Origin: Candidatus Limnocylindria bacterium
Lineage (GTDB): Bacteria; Chloroflexota; Limnocylindria; Limnocylindrales; CSP1-4
DNA length: 59,134 nt
NCBI GenBank assembly: GCA_041494645.1
Contig: JBGQBD010000003.1
Coordinates: 1 to 59,134 of the forward strand
Reading direction: 5' to 3'
In this document: positions 1 to 8,095 of the stretch, in pieces
Layout: every line of letters begins with the position of its first letter
Position numbering within the stretch: the first letter of the stretch is position 1
Position numbers and translations under genes: made by a program
The notes under the pieces: model-generated
What the model saw: only the letters and a program-made list of their open reading frames with translations
Databases searched by the model: none
What the model was told of the DNA's origin: nothing

Positions 1-1722
1 CTGTGTGCCCAGCTGCGCGAAACCAGCCGCCTGAATGGCGAGCTAGGGCACCACAGATACGAAGGCATAAGTCTGCTCAATCTTTCCGAGGCCGAAGTGG
101 CCCGCGGTAATCACGAGAGCGCCACGGACGCGGCCATCTTGTCCTTGCGGTTGCTGGTTCCCACCGGCGACGTAGGCGACATCGCCGCCGCTCACCTGAG
201 CGCAGCCAAAGGATTGATGCACGTAGGCAGGCTGGCGGAGTGCGACGCTCACGTGTCAGCGGTAATCGATGATCGGAGGTGGGTTGAGCCAGTCGCGATC
301 ATTGAGATCGCCGAACTTCAGGCAATGTACGGAGATCCAGCCAAGGGGCTCAGCCTTCTCCAGGCTGTCTTCGCGGCCAACCCAGCGATGGCATCCGATA
401 GTTACTGTCGTCTGGTCGAAACCAGGCTCCAGATGGAGTACGCATACCCAACAGAACCGGCGCAGGCGCTGGTCGGCACTGCTCGGCACTTCGTGTGCCC
501 TGGCTTCCAAAGTGCGATCCGATCGCTCGACCTTCAAATGCGGGCCACCGACCACCCGGACGATTCTTCTCTGATCACGGACCTAGATCACGCGCTCGGC
601 TTCGCTGAGCGGCAGCAGGCCTGGTTCTGGTGGAAAACCATCCGCCTGACCAAAGCTTTGGTGTCACCCACAGAGCATCTGATTGGGCATGTGCGTTCAC
701 TGGAGCCAGCGGACGCGGCCTACCTTTCGATCCAGGCCGAACTGGTCGTTCGTCGCCTGGCCGATCTGGACGATTCGTCCTGCGACATGGTCCGGCAAGA
801 GGCCCAGCTGCGGCCCGAGCGTTGGCGCTGGGCTCTCCGGCAGATGCTGTCAGACCAGACTTCCCGCCCGGCAGATGTCACGAGAGGCGCACAGCTTCTC
901 GACCTCGTGGGCGACGTCGACGATATGCCGGTCCTCCGTTCTATCGCGGGCCGAAAGAGCCTGCGAATACCGGATGCCGGACGGATCCTAATTCGCCGCC
1001 TGGCCCAGTCCGCATATGTCGAGGACCTTGGCCGAGTGACGATTCGAGTGGGTCAGCGCGTCATCCTCGGGACGGACGTACGAAGGAAGGTGCTCTCGCT
1101 CCTAACCTACCTCCTCACCCGCCCCCAGTTCACAGCGTCCAGGGAGCAGGTAGTCGAGGCGCTATGGCCGGAGATGGCGCCCGAACCGGGGGCAAACTCG
1201 CTCAACCAGACTGCCTACTTCCTTCGCCGCATCTTCGAGCCCCACGCCGAGGACGACACGTCGGCCGGCTACCTCTGCAGTCGAGGCGACCTCATCTGGT
1301 TGGACCCCGAACTCGTCCAGAGCCGCAGCTCGGAGTGCCTCCGTCTCATCGCGTCCGCTCGTCGTGATCCATCGCCGGAGGCGATAGCCAAACTGGCTGA
1401 GACATACACCGGACGATTCGCGGTCGACTTCCTGTACGACGACTGGGCCGCGCCCTTCCGCGAAACGCTCCACGCCAGCTTCCTTGACCGGATCGAGCGA
1501 GCGCTGGTGCTAGATACGAAAGCGGGTGCGTTCGACCGCGCCCTCTCGATCGCCCAGCAAGCCCTTCAGGCAGATCCGGACGCCGAACAGATCGAACTGT
1601 GTCTGCTTCGGCTGTACCGCCTGACAGGCGCCCACGCCGCCGCCGCTGAGCAATACGTCCACTACGCAGCCCTCATGCGCGAGCAGTTGGGCGTGGAACC
1701 GCCTCCTTTGGAGTGCATCTGA
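1..1722 (+). CDS. Large transcriptional regulator with C-terminal OmpR-type wHTH + BTAD (SARP/AfsR-like) domain; 5' truncated by window edge
   Basis: Frame is open from base 1. C-terminal motifs LGRVTIRVG, LSLLTYLL, REQVVEALWPE, YTGRFAVDFLYDDWA, ADPDAEQIELCLLRLY and LGVEPP are typical of wHTH-BTAD. Confidence 0.85.
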   Translation: MCAQLRETSRLNGELGHHRYEGISLLNLSEAEVARGNHESATDAAILSLRLLVPTGDVGDIAAAHLSAAKGLMHVGRLAECDAHVSAVIDDRRWVEPVAIIEIAELQAMYGDPAKGLSLLQAVFAANPAMASDSYCRLVETRLQMEYAYPTEPAQALVGTARHFVCPGFQSAIRSLDLQMRATDHPDDSSLITDLDHALGFAERQQAWFWWKTIRLTKALVSPTEHLIGHVRSLEPADAAYLSIQAELVVRRLADLDDSSCDMVRQEAQLRPERWRWALRQMLSDQTSRPADVTRGAQLLDLVGDVDDMPVLRSIAGRKSLRIPDAGRILIRRLAQSAYVEDLGRVTIRVGQRVILGTDVRRKVLSLLTYLLTRPQFTASREQVVEALWPEMAPEPGANSLNQTAYFLRRIFEPHAEDDTSAGYLCSRGDLIWLDPELVQSRSSECLRLIASARRDPSPEAIAKLAETYTGRFAVDFLYDDWAAPFRETLHASFLDRIERALVLDTKAGAFDRALSIAQQALQADPDAEQIELCLLRLYRLTGAHAAAAEQYVHYAALMREQLGVEPPPLECI

Positions 1723-1759
1723 GCGCTCTGGTGGGGTCCCGGGTAGGACAAATAGCGTA

Positions 1760-1788
1760 TTGACCCGGTACTTTCGGCCCAATAGGGT
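1760..1788 (+). promoter_or_regulatory. Sigma70-like promoter
   Basis: TTGACC (1760-1765), 17-nt spacer, TAGGGT (1783-1788), in the intergenic region upstream of the peptide gene. Confidence 0.5.
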
Positions 1789-1984
1789 CCCATAGGTCCG
1801 GGGCTGACGACGTATACAACCCGGACGAGAACGCTCGGAAGCTTTGCGGCCCCAGCCGAACTCGGGCACTTGAGCGGGGACCAAGCAACCAGTGCCACCC
1901 ATCGCGCGTTGATAGAGCCGGCAAGCCCCCATTCCTGTCACTGGCTGACTTGCCGGACGGGAGTCCAGCACGATGCTTCCTGAG

Positions 1985-2026
1985 TTCAACAACCGGCCAT
2001 GGTGCTTCAACAATCGGCCGTGGTGA
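1985..2026 (+). repeat. 21-bp tandem direct repeat, 2 copies
   Basis: TTCAACAACCGGCCATGGTGC / TTCAACAATCGGCCGTGGTGA, 18/21 identical, ending 5 nt before the peptide ATG. Confidence 0.85.
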
Positions 2027-2031
2027 ATGGC

Positions 2032-2121
2032 ATGCGTGTTCGCGTGAAGGCGACTCTCCTGATCCTGGGGATGGCACTGTTGACCGCCATCTCCGGCGGG
2101 GCGAGCTACAGACCTTTCTGA
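2032..2121 (+). CDS. 29-aa signal-peptide-like precursor MRVRVKATLLILGMALLTAISGGASYRPF (not in ORF track)
   Basis: Manual translation from ATG2032 to TGA2121. Basic N-terminus, hydrophobic core, GGA, then a short polar/aromatic tail. Lies directly upstream of the HD-GYP gene. Confidence 0.7.
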   Translation: MRVRVKATLLILGMALLTAISGGASYRPF

Positions 2122-2187
2122 GTACCTCTAGCCCATTGCCGAGTAGGACCTCACGCGGCTAGGTTCTGGCCGCTACAGTGAGGTGGA

Positions 2188-3552
2188 ATGAACGCGCGGC
2201 TGGGCGCCCTGATCGCATTTGCCGCCTTGGTCAGCAGCATCCTGCTTGCTGCTGTTCTTTTGCTGTGGCCGTATGGTCTGGCGCGCCCGTTTGGCCCTTC
2301 AATCTCCATTGATAGGGCGCCTGACGGCATTTGGGCAGGAGTCCTGTTCTGGGTTCTAATTACACTCGCGGCGGCATCTCTACCCGTCCGTTTGCCAGGT
2401 GGCAGTTTCCTAGACGTTTCGTTCGCCCCCGTGCTGGCAGCGGCCAACCTCGGCGGCCCCGCCGCCGCGGGAGTTGTGGCCCTATTCGGAACCACTCAAG
2501 GCCGCGAATTGCGCCATGAAGCTCCTTGGTATGGGGTCGTAGCCAACCACTGCTCGATGGTGGCTCCTGCGATCGTCGGTTCGGTCGTGCTACAGATGGC
2601 GCCGGGCCGGACCTCCCCGCCGGTCGACCTACTCTGGACCACGTTCGCGGGTTCCCTCTACTTCTCGTTGAACATTCTCATGACGATGGCCTTTATCTCT
2701 CTCCGAGAGGGCGAGCCGGTCGGGAAGCTCCTACGCTCGGCAGCTGGCGCGTACGTGAACATGCTCGCTCTCGCGCCGGTGGCGTGGTTGATGGCGCAGA
2801 TGTACACCGCCGCGGGGTTTTGGGCGGTCCTGCTATTCGCCGTGCCGCTGTACACCACGCGGCTCGCGTACCGCAGGTTCGTGGAAGTCCGCGAGATGTT
2901 CACCGAAACCGTGCGCAGCCTGGCCGAGGCGGTGAACAAGCGGGATATCTACACCAGCGGTCACAGCAACGTGACGCAGGAGATCGCGATGGATATCGGC
3001 CGCGTCATGAAGGTGAGCGATGCCGAGATGGAGGCCCTGGAGTGGGGCGGCCTCCTGCACGACATCGGCAAGATCGGCGTGCCGGACTCGGTCCTTAAGA
3101 AGGAGGGGCGGCTCACGCGCGAGGAGCGGACGATCATGAACCAGCACCCGGTCCTGGGCGCGGAGATCGTCGCCCCGGTCTCGCTCCTGGCCCCGGTGCT
3201 GCCGATCATCCGCCACCACCACGAGTGGTTCAACGGATCGGGCTATCCGGACCGTCTCGTGGCGGATGAGATTCCCAGGCTGGCCCGCATTATCTTCGTG
3301 GCCGACGCATTCGAGGCCATGACGGCCAAACGCCCATACCGCCTGACGCCCCTCACGCCCGAAGAGGCCCTGGCGGAGCTGCGGAGGTTCGGCGGCATCC
3401 AGTTCGATCCGGACGTGGTGGACGCCTTCGTCAAGACGAAGTGGGCACGCGGGCTCGCTGACCCCGGGCGCGACGAGATCCGTGAAGTGCCCTTGATCGG
3501 CCAAACCGCGGGCACTCTGGCTTCGACGGGCCGGACTCAAGGCGCCCCCTAG
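2188..3552 (+). CDS. Membrane-bound HD-GYP phosphodiesterase with multi-TM (MASE9-like) sensor domain
   Basis: About 7-8 hydrophobic segments, followed by YTSGHS, LLHDIGKIG, HHEWFNGSGYP, ADAFEAMT, RPYR and QFDPDVV. Confidence 0.92.
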   Translation: MNARLGALIAFAALVSSILLAAVLLLWPYGLARPFGPSISIDRAPDGIWAGVLFWVLITLAAASLPVRLPGGSFLDVSFAPVLAAANLGGPAAAGVVALFGTTQGRELRHEAPWYGVVANHCSMVAPAIVGSVVLQMAPGRTSPPVDLLWTTFAGSLYFSLNILMTMAFISLREGEPVGKLLRSAAGAYVNMLALAPVAWLMAQMYTAAGFWAVLLFAVPLYTTRLAYRRFVEVREMFTETVRSLAEAVNKRDIYTSGHSNVTQEIAMDIGRVMKVSDAEMEALEWGGLLHDIGKIGVPDSVLKKEGRLTREERTIMNQHPVLGAEIVAPVSLLAPVLPIIRHHHEWFNGSGYPDRLVADEIPRLARIIFVADAFEAMTAKRPYRLTPLTPEEALAELRRFGGIQFDPDVVDAFVKTKWARGLADPGRDEIREVPLIGQTAGTLASTGRTQGAP

Positions 3553-3555
3553 GCC

Positions 3556-5523
3556 GTGCCCGCGCTCGGCGTCCTGCTGGGGCTTGGGCTCGGCCTGCTT
3601 GCCGGCGGGCGCATAGATAACTTCGTAGATGTCCGATTTCGCTGGCTGCCGGCCCTGGTTCTCGCGGCCGCCGCGCGCTTCGGACTGGACGGAGCGCTCG
3701 CCTCCGGAAGCGTCCCCGACGCCCTCAGGCTGTGGCTCGTCATAGCGGCATACGTGCTGCTGACGGCGATGCTCCTGGCGAACCGGAGCCTGCCAGGGCT
3801 GACCACGGCGGCGCTGGGGACCGCTGCCAACGGCATCGCCATCGTCGCAAACGGGGGCTGGATGCCAGTCTGGCAGCCCAGCCTGGCGGCCGCCGGACTG
3901 GACTCGACGAGGGTCCACTCCGGCTTCCACGTCCTGCTGACCGGACCGGTTGACACGAACTTCTTTGCCCACGGCGGACCGCTCGTCGACATCATCCCGC
4001 TCCCGATCCCGCTCCTTCAGTCGGTGGCTTCCATCGGCGACATCTTCCTCGGAGCGGGCCTGGCATTCTTCGTCTTCGCGGCCGTAGTTCGATCCACGGC
4101 ACTCGTCGCGCCGGGGCCCGCGGGGTCCGAGGCAGTGCTGGGAGCGGCGGAGCGTGCCGCGCTGCGCGGCGCGCTCCGCCATCCGTACGTTCGACTGGCC
4201 AGCAACGGTGCCTTCTCCGCCATGTGGCTGGCCCAGGTGATCAGCTCGCTTGGGGATCGAGTCCACCAGATCGCTCTGGTCTTCCTGGTGGCAAGGGCCA
4301 CGAACTCGTCGCCGCTGGCGCTCGGCCTGGTCTTTGCGGCGATGACCGTCCCGAGCTCGCTGGTTGGCCCGCTGGCGGGAGTCCTCGTCGATCGGTGGAA
4401 CCGCAAGCACGTCATGGTCGCTTCGGACCTTCTGCGCGCTTTCATCGTGGGGCTCATTCCCGTGGCCTCGGGCCTGCACGTGGGGCTGGTGGTCGCACTC
4501 GTCCTCGTACTGGCGGTCGTGTCGTCGTTCTTCCGGCCGGCGCGGACCGCGGCGCTGCCGCGCGTCGTTCCGGACGAGGACCTGCTGACGGCCAACTCGG
4601 CGATGTGGGTCGCGGACACGGTCAGCGACCTTGCGGGCTACGGCCTGGGCGGGATGTTCGTGGCCTTCCTTGGCTCGTCGCTGGCCCTGGCGTTCTGGTT
4701 GGACGGGGTCAGCTACCTGGCATCGGCCGCGCTCGTCGCGGCGGTGGTGATACCGACGCTGGGGCGGCCCGGCGCACAGGCCGCTGGCAGCCGGGCCTGG
4801 GAGGCCGAGCCGGCGGAGAGCGGTCTCGCGGTGGCCGAAGGCAGTCTCGCGGTGGCCAAGAGCGGTTTCGCGGTGGCGGAGCTCGGAACGGAGGCGAACC
4901 TCCCGGCATCCGCGGTCCAGTCTCTCATCGCCGACCTCGTCGTCGGCTGGCGCTTCCTTCGCACCGAGACCGTGCTGTTCGCCACTACCGTCCAGGCCGC
5001 CGTCGCCGAGTACGGACTGGGCGCCCTGACCGCTCTCTCACCCCTGCTCGTCGCCTCTCTGGCACTCGGGACAACGGACGCGCCCACCGCGTACGGTTTC
5101 TTCGAGATGGCCACGGGCGTGGGACTGGTGGGTGGCGGCATCGTCCTGGGAGGCGTGGCGCACATTCCCAAGGGGCCGAGCATCATCGCCGCGTTCACGG
5201 CGTTGGGCCTGGTGTTGGTCGCCCTGTCCGCTACGCAAAGCCTGCCGCTCGCCCTCTTCCTGGCGGGAGCGGTGGGTCTGGCGAACGTCACCTTCGCGAT
5301 CCCGAGCCAGACCATCTTCCAGCAGCGCACGCCGGACGAGATGCTCGGAGGGGTCGTGGCTATCCGCCTGGCCATGGTCAACGGGGTCCTGGTCGTGGCC
5401 ATGGCCACCAGCGGCGCCCTCGCCCAAATCATCGGCTTGCGCCCGGTCCTGGCCGCCTGTGGGGTCCTGACCGCCGCCATGGGCCTCGCCGGGCTCCTGG
5501 TCCGCCCGATCCGCAGCGCGTAG
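3556..5523 (+). CDS. DUF5317 domain fused to MFS transporter
   Basis: N-terminal ~175 aa with LAGGRI, ANGGWMPV, LVDII and SIGDI (DUF5317-like). C-terminal MFS with AQVISSLGD and motif A GVLVDRWNRKHVM. Confidence 0.85.
   Translation: MPALGVLLGLGLGLLAGGRIDNFVDVRFRWLPALVLAAAARFGLDGALASGSVPDALRLWLVIAAYVLLTAMLLANRSLPGLTTAALGTAANGIAIVANGGWMPVWQPSLAAAGLDSTRVHSGFHVLLTGPVDTNFFAHGGPLVDIIPLPIPLLQSVASIGDIFLGAGLAFFVFAAVVRSTALVAPGPAGSEAVLGAAERAALRGALRHPYVRLASNGAFSAMWLAQVISSLGDRVHQIALVFLVARATNSSPLALGLVFAAMTVPSSLVGPLAGVLVDRWNRKHVMVASDLLRAFIVGLIPVASGLHVGLVVALVLVLAVVSSFFRPARTAALPRVVPDEDLLTANSAMWVADTVSDLAGYGLGGMFVAFLGSSLALAFWLDGVSYLASAALVAAVVIPTLGRPGAQAAGSRAWEAEPAESGLAVAEGSLAVAKSGFAVAELGTEANLPASAVQSLIADLVVGWRFLRTETVLFATTVQAAVAEYGLGALTALSPLLVASLALGTTDAPTAYGFFEMATGVGLVGGGIVLGGVAHIPKGPSIIAAFTALGLVLVALSATQSLPLALFLAGAVGLANVTFAIPSQTIFQQRTPDEMLGGVVAIRLAMVNGVLVVAMATSGALAQIIGLRPVLAACGVLTAAMGLAGLLVRPIRSA
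4819..4881 (+). repeat. In-frame 21-nt tandem repeat x3 in the MFS central loop
   Basis: agcggtctcgcggtggccgaa / ggcagtctcgcggtggccaag / agcggtttcgcggtggcggag, encoding SGLAVAE GSLAVAK SGFAVAE. Confidence 0.8.
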
Positions 5524-5726
5524 CTCACGACGGGCGGAACGGCGTCCGGTGCCTCCGGCGCGCGGCAACGGAACGCGTCGGCTAAACTGCCGGGCAGTGG
5601 TGCGACCGAGTCCGTCACCATCGGCGGGGCGGCTCGTACCAGCCAGCGATGCATTCAAGGCACCAAGGGTGCCCATACCGGGTCGGCCGGACTCAGCGGC
5701 CGCCAACACAGGAGTGGCACGAGGGC

Positions 5727-6236
5727 ATGTCGGAGCGCGATCAAGACCGAGACGAGGCGCCTGCGCCCAACGAGTTCGAGCCGGGCGAAGAGGAATTCGA
5801 AGAGGAGCCCGAGGAAGGCCTCGAGGACGAAGGCGAGTTCGAGGAGCCACGCGAAGAGGAAGGTCGTCGCGAAGCCGGCGGGCCTTCGCGACGCCGGTTC
5901 GGCTTCGGCCGCGGCGGGCAGGGGGCCGACGAAGTCGCCCATCGGGTCACGGGATCGGTCCGCGAGACTCACGAACGCGTCCACATCGACGATCGGCCGT
6001 CGGCCCTCTACGCCCTGGTCGCCGCCGGTGTCCTGATCGGCGTCCTCGCCCTTGCCCTGGCCGGAAACTTCGTGCCGCAGCCGGCCGTGCCCTCGCTGTC
6101 GCCTCTCGTGGTGCCGACCAGCCAGGCCACTGCCAGCCCGAGCGCGGGTGCGTCCGTCTCGATCGCTCCCAGCGCTTCCGCTTCCGTGGTCCCGAGCGCG
6201 CCCGCCTCGGTCGCCCCGAGCGCCTCGCCGAGCTAG
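5727..6236 (+). CDS. Hypothetical single-pass membrane protein with acidic N-terminus and Ser/Ala/Pro-rich tail
   Basis: ATG5727 follows GAGGG. Glu-rich stretch, one TM (ALYALVAAGVLIGVLALALAG), then ASPS-type repeats. Confidence 0.7.
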   Translation: MSERDQDRDEAPAPNEFEPGEEEFEEEPEEGLEDEGEFEEPREEEGRREAGGPSRRRFGFGRGGQGADEVAHRVTGSVRETHERVHIDDRPSALYALVAAGVLIGVLALALAGNFVPQPAVPSLSPLVVPTSQATASPSAGASVSIAPSASASVVPSAPASVAPSASPS

Positions 6237-6329
6237 TGACTTCGCACAGGCGACCAGCGGCCGCTGAAGCTCCGGCGTGTCGTCGCGCGCATCGAGCGCC
6301 TCACACCCGAGCAGGCGTATCTTCGACGC

Positions 6330-7025
6330 GTGGACCCGAGTGTGGCTGCGCAACGTCGGGCGGAGATGGTCGAGCGCCAGCTCCACGGCCGCGGCATTCG
6401 CGATGAGGCCGTCCTCGCGGCCATGGCCGCGGTGCCGCGCGAGCTGTTCGTTCCGCGCGACGTCCTGAGCTACGCCTACAGCGACGAGGCCCTGCCGATC
6501 GAGGCCGGCCAGTCGATCAGCCAGCCGTACATAGTCGCCCGGATGACGGAGCTGCTGGAGCCGCGGCCGGAGATGCGGATCCTGGAGGTGGGCACCGGCT
6601 CCGGTTACCAGGCCGCCGTGCTGGCGGCAATCGGCTGCAGCGTCGTTTCCATGGAACGCCATGCCGACCTGGCGGCGAGTGCCCAGGCCAGACTGGCAGA
6701 GCTAGGCTTCGGAGACCTCGTCCGAATCGAGATCGGCGACGGCAGCCTTGGCCGCCCGCAGGACGCCCCGTTCGAAGGGATAGTGGTCACCGCCGCCGCT
6801 CCCGCCGTGCCCGCCGCGCTTCGGACGCAGCTGGCCGACGGCGGCCGTCTCGTGGTCCCGGTCGGGTCGCGCGACCGGCAGGAGTTGCTGCTCGTCGTAC
6901 GACGCGGGGACGACTTCGAGGAGCGCCGATGCGGACCGTGCATCTTCGTGCCGCTGGTAGGCGCCGGCGGCTTCGACGAGGCAGGGTCGCCAGTGAGGTC
7001 GTGGTTCGGGCGCCTGCACCTATAG
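6330..7025 (+). CDS. pcm: Protein-L-isoaspartate O-methyltransferase
   Basis: VPRELFV, GQSISQPYIVA, LEVGTGSGYQAA, QLADGGRLVVPVG, FVPLVG. Confidence 0.95.
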   Translation: MDPSVAAQRRAEMVERQLHGRGIRDEAVLAAMAAVPRELFVPRDVLSYAYSDEALPIEAGQSISQPYIVARMTELLEPRPEMRILEVGTGSGYQAAVLAAIGCSVVSMERHADLAASAQARLAELGFGDLVRIEIGDGSLGRPQDAPFEGIVVTAAAPAVPAALRTQLADGGRLVVPVGSRDRQELLLVVRRGDDFEERRCGPCIFVPLVGAGGFDEAGSPVRSWFGRLHL

Positions 7026-7032
7026 TGGCGCC

Positions 7033-7884
7033 GTGACACACGTCTTCGTCGCGCCTCACCCTGACGACGTCGCGCTCTCCTGCGGAGGGCTGATCGCAAG
7101 CCTGCGCGACCGCGGCGAAGCGGTCACGATCGTCTCCGTTTTCTCCCGTGCAGGAGATCTCCAAGCGCTGACGCCGTTCCAGCGCCTGGCTCTCGGCTTC
7201 GGCAGCCAGGAGAAGTCGCGCCCCGGGGACGCGGACCTCCTGCCGGAGCATGACGACTCGGGCGCCGTGGCGCTTGCCGCCGCGGATGCGATGGCCGTTC
7301 GCCGGGCGGAGGACGAGGCCTTCGCCAGCTTCGTCGGCGCCGCCAACGTCTTCGTCGACCTCCCGGACGCCGTTTTCCGCGGCTACGGGAACGACTCGCA
7401 GCTCATGGGCGCGCCGCACCCGGACGACTCGCCGCCCGTGGAGGAGCTGCGGCGCGCCCTCGTCCGGCTGGGGCCGGATCGCCTGTACCTGCCGCTGGCG
7501 ATAGGAGGTCACGTGGACCACCGCCAGGCCCGCCGCGCCGCGATGACGCTCCTCGCGGAGGCAGGCTCGCCGTTCCGGGACCGAACCCGCTTCTACGAGG
7601 ACTTCCCGTACGCGCTGAACGTCGGGTTCGAGCGGCTCGATCAGCTCGATCCAGAGATCTTCGCCAGCCTGCCGCCGGGCGTCTCGCTGGCGCCCGAGTA
7701 CGTCGATATCGCCGACCTGATCGACCGCAAGCTCGAAGGCCTGCGGACGTACCCAAGCCAGCTCGGCCGCCTCTTCGGCGGGGCCGGCGGGATGAGCGAG
7801 GCGGTTCGCGCCCAGGCGCTCCGGGTCGGCCGGCTCGGCGGGACGGGCCCGGCCGAGCGCTACTGGCGGGTCACGCCCGGCTGA
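7033..7884 (+). CDS. PIG-L/LmbE family deacetylase
   Basis: APHPDDVALSCGG, RRAED, GGHVDH, YEDFPY, YPSQ. Confidence 0.9.
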   Translation: MTHVFVAPHPDDVALSCGGLIASLRDRGEAVTIVSVFSRAGDLQALTPFQRLALGFGSQEKSRPGDADLLPEHDDSGAVALAAADAMAVRRAEDEAFASFVGAANVFVDLPDAVFRGYGNDSQLMGAPHPDDSPPVEELRRALVRLGPDRLYLPLAIGGHVDHRQARRAAMTLLAEAGSPFRDRTRFYEDFPYALNVGFERLDQLDPEIFASLPPGVSLAPEYVDIADLIDRKLEGLRTYPSQLGRLFGGAGGMSEAVRAQALRVGRLGGTGPAERYWRVTPG

Positions 7885-8069
7885 CCGCCACAGGACGAAG
7901 CAAGCGCCGCCCTCTCGACCTTGGGGCCGCCCCGCCGTAGGCGGGCCTTCCGGTGGACGACGACCAGCCCGACCAGGAGCATCAGGCTGAAGGCCGCGAC
8001 CAGAAAGATCTGGCCGCGGCTCAGCAGCGCCTGGACCGGCAACGAATCCCAGAAGACCACGCCCAGCAC
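7860..8069 (-). CDS. Possible small single-TM protein
   Basis: GTG8069 (or CTG8099 overlapping the upstream stop). Hydrophobic IFLVAAFSLMLLVGLVVV followed by basic HRKARLRR. Fills an otherwise empty gap. Confidence 0.3.
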   Translation of the reverse strand: MLGVVFWDSLPVQALLSRGQIFLVAAFSLMLLVGLVVVHRKARLRRGGPKVERAALASSCGGQPGVTRQ

Positions 8070-8095
8070 GATCTCCAGCCTCGCCGGGACCGGAC

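Noticed and set aside
1985-2026. CRISPR array
   Set aside because: Only two adjacent copies with no spacer, and no cas genes. No array was seen elsewhere in the window.
2270-2295. RPF tripeptide in the HD-GYP first loop (YGLARPF) matching the peptide C-terminus
   Set aside because: A three-residue match is easily chance. It matters only if conserved in orthologs.
1-2760. Mobile element explaining the atypical codon usage
   Set aside because: No integrase, transposase, tRNA target or terminal repeats are visible within the window.
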